In this document: positions 49,229-60,325 of the stretch, one piece after another | Numbering within the stretch: position 1 is the first letter of the stretch | Layout of the letters: each line of letters begins with the position of its first letter | NCBI RefSeq assembly: GCF_006345805.1 | Contig: NC_043007.1 | Span: 12,524,001 to 12,588,000 of the forward strand | DNA: 64,000 nt | Source: Octopus sinensis | Lineage: Eukaryota | Direction: 5' to 3' | Made by a program: the position numbers and the translations under genes | Notes under the pieces: generated by a model | What the model was told of the DNA's origin: nothing | The model's input: the letters and a program-made list of their open reading frames with translations, nothing else | The model's database searches: none

Positions 49229-50200
49229 ATGGTAAACCACCCCCCGATATCTCTGCCAATAAAACACTGGAGGGAGCTGGGTTTGTCAGTTTCTGCTACA
49301 GTTGAGGATAGACGGAAGCAGAGAGCATGGGACAGTCTGCATTCAGGTGCCACTTTCAACTCTCTCCGTGTTCAATCTGATCAATTTTTAAGGTGTCGCC
49401 TACTTTCAGCTGGTACAAAATTCTCGGGGGACTGGATTGATTCCCATTGAAGGTCTACTCAGCCTAAATGAACTCTGCATTTCCACTGCACTCAGGGTGG
49501 GAGCTGACGTCTGTAGGGGATTGAGATGCCACTGTGGAGGCCCCTCAATCCCACAGCTCCTCATAGTCCGTCTTGCCACCTAAATGCTGGTTGTTTCACT
49601 CGTCACACCAAGCTACCTAATCATTAAGTTGGTACCTGACTCAGATTAATATCCCCTCAGTTCTGGAGCTGGCAGGATTATCCAGAAGTGATGGAAAGAG
49701 ACCAGATGATCTTATTCTCTGGTTAGAGGTAGGTTCCTCATCTGGGACACCACAATCCATGACTCTTTTACCCCCTCACTCATCCTGGACGCTGCAGTAA
49801 ATGGAAGGGTCACTGCTTCCATAACCAAACGGAACAAAATCCTGAAGTATCGGGACCTGGCAGAGAACTTTTTCTTCCAGCCTGTGGTGTTTGGGACGGT
49901 TGGAGGAATTGGGCCACTCACCACAAAGTTCTTGTTATCGATGACAGTTTGCCGCACCAAGGTGTCAGGTGATGCCTGTGAAGGTGCTTGGCTATTCCAA
50001 CGTCTTAGTCTCACCATCACCCAGGGTAATACTACAAGCATACTGGCCTGCTTCAGTGGGTTCTGTTGATCCTTGTGGTGTGCAGCTAGTTGTGGCACTT
50101 AGTGTTGCATTGATGTTTTTTCTCTCTTTTATTTTTTTCTCTCCCCTTTTTCCTTTTTCCCCCGCTTTTCTTCTTTTCTTTGTCTTTCATTTGTAAAAAC
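49229..50200 (+). pseudogene. CRE-clade non-LTR retrotransposon 3' part (Zn-knuckle plus restriction-like endonuclease), degenerate
   Basis: QRAWD...RCRLLSAG..FSGDWI, ALRVGADVC..RCHCG..H...C, PSVLELAGLSRSDGKRPD, LIWDTT, KYRDL, FQPVVFGTVGGIG, WLFQRLSLTITQGN. Confidence 0.85.
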
Positions 50201-50499
50201 TTTATATTACAGAAGAATCATGACTATTGTTTAGGATTTTTATTTTAATGTGGTTTTTGTATTATTCATGTATCATATACATCTATATATATGTAATAAA
50301 AATAAAATCATTTCCTATGAGAAAGTTAGAACAAAGAAACACTATGGCTTTATCCGATGGGAGAACTTGCAATTAATCAGGAAGGCTTTTGTTGTTGTGT
50401 CATCAACTTATTGCAAAGCATACACTACAGGATAACGACAACAACAACTTGTACAGTACTGAGATTAATGCAATATTTCTAATAATTATAATTACATTC

Positions 50500-50892
50500 T
50501 GTTGTGTCTGGGGAGAGTCATTTTCTTTTTGTGCCTTATAATGTAACACACTCACCGGTAAAATTTCCACTTTTTTCTTATTATTATTTTCCTAAAATTT
50601 TCGTTGCGTCTTTGCAACCTTTTCAGTAGTCAAGACTATTGAAAAGGTTGCAAGATGCAACAAAAATTTTAGGAAAATAAAAATAAGAAATAGTCAAGAT
50701 TATTGAAAAGGTTGCAAGATGCAATGAAAATTTTAGGAAAATAAAAATAAGAAATAGTCAAGACTATTGAAAAGGTTGCAAGATGCAACGAAAATTTTAG
50801 GAAAATAAAAATAAGAAATAAGTGGAAATTTTACCGGTGAGTATGTTACATTATAAAGCACAAAAAGAAAATGACTCTCTCCAGATGCAACA
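50500..50892. mobile_element. Fold-back MITE with a 64-bp triplication in the right arm
   Basis: About 130-bp inverted arms; TAGTCAAGA repeats at 50627, 50691 and 50755. Confidence 0.85.
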
Positions 50893-51265
50893 AAATATGC
50901 TTCAACACATGAACTCATATAAAGAATCTTGCAAACCAAATCCAAAAATGAAATATAATTACATTCCTAGATGTGAATGAAATTATTACAGAAAACTGAA
51001 ACCTAACTTTTTTATCCTTTTGGGTTCAGTAAAACATAATACCAGTCAAGTCCTGAAATTGCTTTAATATTTCTAATAAAGCTTCTTAGATGTGCATGTA
51101 ATTATAACAGAAAACTCGGACTTTACCTTCCATTCTTCCAGGGTTGATAAAATAAAGTATTAGTTGAATACCGAGTTTGATAAAGCTTCCAGCATGCGGA
51201 GAAATTAGTTATAATAGAAAACTTTGAGTTTTCTTTCGTTCTTCCACAATTGATAAAATCAAATA

Positions 51266-51671
51266 CAATAATCCCTCGATTATCACGGCTGTTCCATTCC
51301 CCCCCCCCGATAGGTAAAAATCCGCGAAGTAGAAACAGTACTGTATATTTTTTTTATTACTTTTGTAATTTAAAAAGCACCCACTACACTCACGGAGTGG
51401 TTGGCATTAGGAAGGGCATCCAGCCGTAGAAACACTGCCAAATCTGACTGGGCCTGATGAAGCCTTCCGGCTTCACAGACCCCAGTTAAACCGTCCAACC
51501 CATGCTAGCATGGAAAACGGACGCTAAATGATGATGATGATGATGATGATGTATATATTTGTTTTATTATATATCCAAAACAACACCATGGAGGAATTGA
51601 CAAAAGCTTAAATAATAAAACGCGATAGGTGAACCGTGATAAGTGAACCGCGATATGGCAAGGAATTACTG
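51266..51671. mobile_element. pogo/Tigger-like MITE containing a nested family C tail (~51367-51550)
   Basis: TA-CAATAATCCCTCGATTATCACGG ... CCGCGATATGGCAAGGAATTACTG inverted ends. Confidence 0.7.
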
Positions 51672-51689
51672 TGCTAGGCAAGTACTGAT

Positions 51690-51930
51690 GCGGATATAAT
51701 ATTCCTATAAACCAGCATCTCATGCGTTTCTGCAGTGTTCCCTGTATAATACAAAACTTTATTGCATAGTGAGGTTCCAAACTGTCATCATGTCCTGACC
51801 GCATTCTGCAAACTAGTCAGCTGTGACGAGCAGTGTTTAGTGGAGTGTGTTCAAAGTACTGTATGAGGCATCTCCTTCAATCTGGAATAACAAAATTCTG
51901 CAGGTTAGCTTATTAGATGTATAGTAATGG
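51690..51930 (-). mobile_element. Mariner 5' remnant
   Basis: Encodes LEPHYAIKFCIIQG (cf. EQRYAIKFCFKLG). Confidence 0.5.
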
Positions 51931-51936
51931 TATACT

Positions 51937-52276
51937 GTGAAGGCGCATGGCTCAGTGGTTAGAGCGTCGAGCTTACGATCATGGGGTTGTGAGCTCGAAT
52001 CCCGGACAGGGCTGTATATTGTGATCTTGAGCAAGACACTTTATTTCACATTGCTCCAGTCCACTCAGCTGTAGAAATGAGTTGCAACATCACAGGTGCC
52101 AAGCTGTATCGGCCCCTTTGCCTTTCCCTTGGATAACATCGGTGGCATGGAGAGGGGAGGCCGGTATGCATGGGTGACTGCTGGTCTTCCATAAACAACA
52201 TTGCCCGGACTTGTGCCTGGGAGGGTAACTTTCTAGGTGCAATCCCATGGTCTGTGTCATGACCGAAGAGGGTCTC
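51937..52276 (+). mobile_element. SINE E head and CORE-like block with a different 3' module
   Basis: Head and central block shared with 16808-17142, tail shared with ~21947-21997; TSD AATGGTATACT at 51926-51936 and 52279-52289. Confidence 0.88.
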
Positions 52277-52301
52277 AGAATGGTATACTAGTATTACACT
52301 A

Positions 52302-52531
52302 GCGGTGAGCTGGCAGAAACGCTAGCACGCCGGGCGAAATGCTGAGCAGTATTTCGTCTGCCGTTACGTTGTGAGTTCAAATTCCGCCGAGTTCGACTTT
52401 GCCTTTCATCCTTTCAGGGTTGATAAATTAAGTACTAGTTACGCACTGGGGTCGATGTAATCGACCTAATACCTATGTCTGTCCTTGTTTGTCCCCTCTA
52501 TGTTTAGCCCCTTGTGGGTAATAAAGAAATA
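52302..52531 (+). mobile_element. SINE A monomer with 20-bp TSD
   Basis: GGTATACTAGTATTACACTA at 52282-52301 and 52532-52551. Confidence 0.92.
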
Positions 52532-52794
52532 GGTATACTAGTATTACACTAATCGAGTACAGTTATAAATGCTGCTTCTAAAAATGTCTTGAAACTTCTG
52601 GAATGCACCTTGTACTTATAGAGTCAAGAGCAGGTGTAGACAGCTCATCCTTCTCCCCTTTTACCAAGCAGAGCATCCAGGATGTAACATCTGGAGGGAG
52701 TAGGGAGAGAGAGAGAGAGAGAGAGAGAGAGCTGCACCAGGTTCTGATGTAGCTCTCTCTTCCTCTATTTATTCAAATTACCCATTCTATTCAT

Positions 52795-53300
52795 TACTTT
52801 CTTTCTTTTCTTTTCTTTTACTTGTTTCAGTCATTTGACTGAGGCCATGCTGGGGCACTGCCTTTAGTTGAGCAAATCGACCCCGGGACTTATTCCTTGT
52901 AAGCCTAGTACTTATTCTATCGGTCTCTTTTGCCAAACCGCTAAGTGACGGGGACGTGAACACACCAGCTTCGGTTGTCAAGCGATGGTGGGGGGACAAA
53001 CATAGACACACAAACATATACACACACATACATATATATGCAGCCTTCGGGCTCCCCAGACCCCAGTTGAACCGTCCAACCCATACTAGCATGGAAAGCG
53101 GACGTTAAATGATGATGATGATGATGATGATGATGATATATATATATACATATATACGACAGGCTTCTTTCAGTTTCTGTCTACCAAATCCACTCACAAG
53201 GCATTGGTTGGCCCGAGGCTATAGCAGAAGACACTTGCCCAAGATGCCACGCAGTGGGACTGAACCCGGAACCATGTGGTTGGTAAGCAAGCTACTTACC
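52795..53300 (-). mobile_element. SINE B with a nested family C tail fragment (~53045-53135)
   Basis: The B body is interrupted by CCAACCCAT.CTAGCATGGAAAGCGGACGTTAAA(TGA)n. Confidence 0.82.
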
Positions 53301-54965
53301 ACACAGCCACTCCTGCGCCTACTGTTGAATAGATTGGGATAGCATGAGCTAAAGAGTCTTGCTCAAGGACACATAGTGTCGTATGGCCCAGTAATTGAAC
53401 TGATGACCTTATGGGCATAAGCTGAACTTCTTGACCTCTGGGTCACATGCCTCGACTTATTACTGTAGTTTTTAATTTTTTGAGATGAGACAAGATTCGC
53501 ATACATGCTTATGCATAAATACATATACATACATACACATGCTTATACATGTATATAAATCCATAGGTATATGTATTTGTGTGTGTGCATGTGTGTGTGT
53601 GTGTGTTTGTATGTGGTTATAAGTCAAATCCTCGACTTAGGGTGAAAATTTCAGGGGATAAAAGTACGGCTTATAGCCAAGTATATACAGTAATCCATTT
53701 TTATCAGCTGGGATAATGGTCCCTTGAACTGACTCTTACTCTGGCTGTTATGCTTTTGGAGTTAGAGAGTGAGATAGACACAGAAGCCATATGGCTGCAA
53801 AGCAAACTGCTTAACCTCACAAGCTTCCACATAGTTTCCATCTATCAAATTCCAAGTGGTCCACTGGAGACCATGGTTGATGAATCCAAGGCACCATGTA
53901 ATGTTGAGAGATCAAGCCTAGCACTATACATTTCATCATCATAATCATCATCATCATCGTCATCGTCATCATCATCATCAACAACAACAACAACAACAAC
54001 ATCATCATCATCATCATCATTGTTTTAATGTACAATGGCGAGCTGACAGAAACGTTAGCACGCCGAGCAAAATGTGTAGCCGTTACGTTCTGAGTTCAAA
54101 TTCCACCGAGGTCGACTTTGCCTTTCATCCTTTCGGGGTCAATAAATTAAGTACCAGTTACGCACTGGGGTCGATATAATCGACTTAATCCGTCTGTCTG
54201 TTCTTGTTTGTCTCCCCTGTGTTTAGCCCCTTGAGTTCAAATTCCGCCAAGGCTGACTTTGCCTTTCATCCTTTCGGGGTTGATAAATTAAGTACTAGTT
54301 GCATACTAGGGTCAATCTAATCAACTGGCTCCCTGCCCCCAAATTTCGGGCCTTGTATTTAGAGTAGGAAAGAATGTACATTTTTCCATGCTTGCATGGG
54401 TTGGACAGAGCTTATTGAGGCAGCCTTTTGACAGCCTGATGCTTGTCTGGTCACCAACCCTCAGCTTTTTCCAAGCAAGGTCATATTTTTCTCCCATGGT
54501 CTGGCATGTTTTTTACTGAATATCAGAAATGACAGACCCCCAGCTGTCTGACAGTGACACTCATATACAACAATCATATGATGTCAAGGCAAAAACACAC
54601 ACACACACTCGCACACACACAAATACATGTACCTATGTACATGCATACATGCATTCATACACACAAACACATACACACACACACACACAGAGGATGGGTT
54701 CCTTACAGTTTCTCTCTACCAAATCAACTCTCAAGACCTTGGTTGGCCCAGGGTTATAGTAGAAGACACTTGCCCAATGTGCCACACGGTGGACTGAACC
54801 TCAAACCCTGTAGTCGTGAAACGAAATTCTTAACCATACAATCATGCCTACACTCTAAAATCTAGCTTTACGTCTGACTACCCCAACCTAAAAATAACCA
54901 TTGTATTATTTTATACACAATATATAATCACGAGTTAGTGTGTATCTCTTTGTTAGCTCAAAGAA

Positions 54966-55244
54966 TCATTTTGCTTGTAAAATAACTCAACATGATGTTA
55001 TCAAAAACAAGTGTTTAAATGCCACAAATATTCCAGCTGTTGTTGCTGTTTGTGTGTTTCTTTGTCAAAATAAATTCATAACAGTTCTAAACGACCATTA
55101 TTCTCACAGCAAATATTAATGCTGTGATATCAAAGTTTAAAAAAAGTAGCTAAGTAACTCATGCTTTGTCTAAAGCAATTACTATGACATATAATTTTCT
55201 CGTTTAGGCTTAGCTTACGAATGTACATGCTCGTACACACACAC
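54966..55244. repeat. Left arm of a ~280-bp local inverted repeat
   Basis: Reverse complement of 57813-58098. Confidence 0.92.
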
Positions 55245-55475
55245 ATACACACAGATGCGTGTGCTTGTGTATATATTCATCATCATCATTTAACGTCCCC
55301 CCTCCATGTTGGCATGGGTTAAATGGTTTGAATGGAGCTGATGAGCGAATGAGCTGCGCCTCATTGCAGTCTGATTTAGCATGGTTTCTACAGCTCGATG
55401 CCTTTCCTAATGCCAACCACTCCAGGAGTGTAACAGGTTCTTTTATGTGCCCCTGGCACAGGTTGCTATTTACAG

Positions 55476-55781
55476 TGTGGAGGCACATGGCCTAGTAATT
55501 AGAGCAGCAGACTCGCAGTTGAGGGATCGCGGGTTCGAATCTCAGACTGGGCGATGTGTGTGTTTATGAGTGAAACACCTAAGCTCCACGTGTCTCCGGC
55601 AGAAGGTAATGGTGAACTTCTGCTGACTCTTTTGCCACAACTTTCTCTCACTCTTTCCTCCTGCATCTTGCAGCTCACCTGCGACAGACCGGCATCCCTT
55701 CCAGGTGGAGAACCTATACGCCAAGGAAACCGGGAAACCGGCCCTTATGAGCCAGGCATGGTTGAGAAGGAACAAACAAAC
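55476..55781 (+). mobile_element. SINE family D variant
   Basis: tRNA-like head with GGTTCGAATC B box and the shared body. Confidence 0.8.
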
Positions 55782-56024
55782 ATGGCACTAGCAATGACCA
55801 CAACTACAATTCATGAGTGGGTGCCATGTGACCCTGGCCATGGAGTTGAAACAAAAAAACTTTGACACCAACTCTTCTACTATTGGCACCTGCAACTCCA
55901 ACTCCTCCTTATGTAATCAAGTGATTCTGGTCTACATATCTCATAAAGCATATGCATACCTTTGTACTTTGAGTAGGCCTATATGTTATAGCTGGTTTTT
56001 ATTAAAGAATAAAGATATATACAG

Positions 56025-56410
56025 ACACATGAGTGGCTGTGTGATAAGAAACTTGCTTCCCAACCACATGATTCTGGGTTCAGTCCCGCTGCATGGTACC
56101 TTGAGCAAGTGTTTTCTACTATAGCCTCAGGCCAACCAAAGCCTTGTGAGTGGATTTGGGGGAGATGGAAACCGAAAGAAGCCCATCATGTGTGTGTGTG
56201 TGTGTCTCTTTGTTTGTCCCCTCCAACATTGCTTGACAACTGATGTTGGTGTGTTTACGTCCCTGTAACTTAGCGGTTCAGCAAAAGAGACCAATAGAAT
56301 GAGTACCAGGCTTACAAAGATTAAGTCCCAGGGTCGATTTGTTTGACTAAAGGCAGTGCTCCAGCATGGCTGCAGTCAAATGACTGAAACAAATAAAAGA
56401 ATAAAAGAAT
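56025..56410 (+). mobile_element. SINE B
   Basis: Complete head to tail; the tail GACTGAAACAAATAAAAGAATAAAAGAAT provides the empty-site reference for the Helitron at 8161. Confidence 0.88.
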
Positions 56411-56959
56411 ATTGTGAGTCAGAGTTGGTATAGTTTTACCAACTCCAACTACCCTTTAATTGTTTCTGACTCCATGACTCCAGCTCTGACTCTGACTCTA
56501 CAGCCCTGCCTGCAATGACCATGACTACAATGCACAGGTGCCATTTACATGGTACCGGCAGCAAGCACTTCTTCACATTCAGAGTTTAAATTCTGCTGAG
56601 TCCACTTTGCTCTTTATCCTTTCAGGGTCAATAAAATAGGTATTAGTTGGGTCCTGTGGTTGACGTAATTGACTAGCCCCGACCCTCATAGAATTTCAGG
56701 CATTGTGTTTGTAGTAGAAAGAATTTCACACATTTATGCATATATACAAATGGATGATTGGCAGAGTGTGAGGGCTTGTCAAGTACATCAAACCCGGTAC
56801 TCAACTGGTACTTATTTTATCGACCCCGAACGGATAAAAAGCAAAGATGACCTTGGTTGGATTAGAACTTAGAATGTAAAGCTGAAAGAAGTAATGTTAA
56901 GCATCTTGTCCAGCACATAATGGCTCCACTAGCTCACTGCCATTTCATGTATGTATATA

Positions 56960-57740
56960 TTTCTTTACTGCCCACAAGGGGCTAAACATAGAGGGAACAA
57001 ACAAGGACAGACAAAGGGTTTCAGCAGATTACATCAACCCCAGTGCGTTACTGGTACTTATTTAATCGACCCCAAAAGAATGAAAGGCAAAGTCGACCTC
57101 GGCAGAGTCTGAACTCATAACGTAACGGCCGACGAAATACCTATTTCTATTTCTTTACTACCCACAAGGGGCTAAAACACAGAGTGGACAAATAAGGACA
57201 GACAAAGGGATTAAGTCAATTATCGACCCCAGTGCGAACTGGTACTTTATTTATTGACCCTGAAAGGATGAAAGGCAATGTCGACCTCGGCAGAGTCTGA
57301 ACTCATAACGTAACGGCCGACGAATACCTATTTCTATTTCTTTACTACCCACAAGGGGCTAAAACACAGAGTGGACAAATAAGGACAGACATAAGGGATT
57401 AAGTCAATTATATCGACCCCAGTGCGAAACTGGTACTTTATTTATTGACCCTGAAAGGATGAAAGGCAATGTCGACCTCGGCAGAGTCTGAACTCATAAC
57501 GTAACGGCCGACGAAATACCTATTTCTATTTCTTTACTACCCACAAGGGGCTAAAACACAGAGTGGACAAATAAGGACAGACAAAGGGATTAAGTCAATT
57601 ATATCGACCCCAGTGCGAAACTGGTACTTTATTTATCGACCCTGAAAGGATGAAAGGCAATGTCGACCTCAGCGGAATTTGAACTCAGAACATAGCGACA
57701 GAAGAAATACTGCTAACGATTCTGCCAGTTCCCCGCCTTC
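56960..57740 (-). mobile_element. SINE A tetramer (~187-192-bp units)
   Basis: TTCTTTACT anchors at ~56962, 57151, 57338 and 57530. Confidence 0.9.
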
Positions 57741-57812
57741 ATTTCATGCATGTATAATATACATGAACATATACACATGTGTGTGAGTGTGTGTGTGCAG
57801 GCACGTGTGCAC

Positions 57813-58098
57813 ATGTGTGTGTATGAGCATGTACGTTTGTAAGCTAAGCCTAAACGAGAAAATTATATGTCATAGTAATTGCTTTAGACAAAGCATGAGT
57901 TACTTAGCTACTTTTTTAAACTTTGATATCACAGCATTAATATTTGCTGTGAGAATAATGGTCGTTTATAACTGTTATGAATTTATTTTGACAAAGAAGC
58001 ACGCAAAAAATAACAAAAGCTAGAATATTTATGGTATTTTAAACATTTATTTGTTATTTTTGATAACATCATGTGGAGTTATTTTACAAGCAAAATGA
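57813..58098. repeat. Right arm of the ~280-bp local inverted repeat
   Basis: Reverse complement of 54966-55244. Confidence 0.92.
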
Positions 58099-58658
58099 TA
58101 GAGAAGCAGAAAAGTACCTTGTGGTAATTGTAACATTTTCTGCTTTGGCTGGTGGTGGTTGTTGTTGTTGTTGTTGTTGTTAAGCAACAAGACAGGTAAG
58201 GGTGATTAGGTGATGGTCTAGGGCTTAGGGGGCGGGAGACCCCAGACCTTGGAAAAAAAAAAAAACTTTGGTCGTCTTGTTGTAGTCGAGGGCTCTTTGT
58301 TGATGCCCGACACCACTGGGAGGTGGCCCTCGAAGTCGCTGGAAATAGAGATCTCCAGGTTCAAATTCTTGAACGGTGTTGGCTGGTGGTGGTGGTGGTG
58401 GTAGGGAGGTACTAGAGGGTAAATGCTGTGAGATGAGGAGAAGTTGGAGGTATGAAGTTATTATAGAGGTAGTGAGGAGAGCAGAGGGTAAAAATAGGGA
58501 AAACATCCCTGGTGGGGAGGCTAAGGAGAAAGGAAAGGGAAAAGGAGACTGTGAAGGAACAGTTGGTGAATTACTGCAAGACCATCGCAGCCATCAACTC
58601 TTCAATTCTTTCTTCTTTCACATTTTTTTTGCCATGCTTTCCTGAGAGCAGCTTTGCT

Positions 58659-59045
58659 CATCATCATCATCATTATTTGACCGTGGTCAAGACAATGGAA
58701 TTTACTATGTTACGCCAGACTTCACGGTCCATCGTAGCATTACGGAGGTCCTGTTGCTGGATGCCTGTATCCCTGGAGGTTACATCAGGGTAGGAGAGTG
58801 TGCGCCCTCTGGTATCGCGAGCAGATGGCTTCCAGAGGAGAAGAGTAGAAATTACCTCGTTTTCAGCTCTACAACAATGTCCAGCAAACCGGACTCTCCT
58901 ACCTTTCACAAGAGATGACACAGGTGGTAGTTTCCCATATATTTGTACCTTGGTTGGATGATGCTTCCACAAGAGATTTTGAGCTCTCATAAGGAGGCGA
59001 GTGTAAGTTCCATCCAACTGCCTCTCTAGCTTCTTTGATAACGTC
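58659..59045 (-). mobile_element. 5'-truncated RTE-clade LINE, same family as 13962
   Basis: Encodes TLSKKLERQLDGTYTRLLMRAQ...; (GAT)n tail; 10-bp TSD CAGCTTTGCT at 58649-58658 and 59046-59055. Confidence 0.9.
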
Positions 59046-60043
59046 CAGCTTTGCTCTCCATTTCAGCATGTCATCAGTTGTCACAGACATTTGTCATTTC
59101 TTTTGTGGGGTTCAGCATTTTGAGTTTACTTTCCATCCCCTCATTCAGTTCCTTTCTAGGTCTTTCTTCTCTTCCATAGGCACCATCCAGTTTGTGCATC
59201 TGGCACTGTTTTATGCACTGGTTTTGCAATTAGTTGGCAAGCTGGATAAAAATTTATCAGCAACGAAAGCAGTATAGTTCAAAATAGCATTTGGTGTATC
59301 ATACTTAATGTAGATATATGTCTGAAAGCCTGGAAGCTGCAGTATTTTGTCTCGAGGTTACCATAGTTTCACTAATTTCGAAGCAAAATAATATTTATCC
59401 ATGGCCGGACATGCTTTCACAGAATATTGGAAATGAGAGACACTGCTTGTATGACAGTGACACTCATTTACAGCTATCACATGACATCAAGACAAGGAGA
59501 CGCAAACACACACACACATATACACATGATGGGCTTCTTTCAGTTTCCATCTGCCAAGTCCACTCACAAAGCTTTGGTTGGCATGGAGTTATGGCAGAAG
59601 ACATTTGCTCAAGATCCATGGAGTGAAATTGAACCTGAAATCATGGTTTTAGAAGGCAAACTTCATAACCAGACAATATATATATATAAATTTAAAATGA
59701 GGGTGAGAAATTAGATATTAATTTAATTAACATTGATTTCACACGAGTGGTCTAGCATATAAAAAAAACTGAAGGTTCAGTAAAATTGTATTATATACAT
59801 ATTAGAGGGAAACCACTATTTGGATACCCTTACACTAGAAATAGATCCGCTATGGTCTTACCACTAAGAAATGTTCTCAAGAAAAATTTAGCAAAACAAC
59901 CAAAATGTAATCGAGCAAGACAATTGCTTTTTCTTTTGTCTTGCTTGATTATGTTTTGGTTGTTTTGCTAAAGTTTTCTTAGTGGTAAGACCATAGCGGA
60001 TCTATTTCAAGCATAAGGGTGTCCACATAGTGGTTTCCCTGTA

Positions 60044-60079
<36 letters not shown>

Positions 60080-60084
<5 letters not shown>

Positions 60085-60325
60085 CATGTAAAAAGCACCA
60101 TTCGATCGTGGCCGTTTGCCAGCCTCGTCTGGGACCTGTGCCGGTGGCACGTAAAAAGCACCCCACTACACTCATGGAGTGGTTGGCGTTAGGAAGGGCA
60201 TCCAGCCGTAGAAATATTGCCAGATCAGACTGGGCCTGGTGCAGCCTTCTGGCTTCCCAGACCCCGGTTGCACCGTCCAACCCATGCCAGCATGGAAAGC
60301 GGACGCTAAACGATGATGATGATAT
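60080..60325 (+). mobile_element. Family C element
   Basis: Two units plus the tail. Confidence 0.85.
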
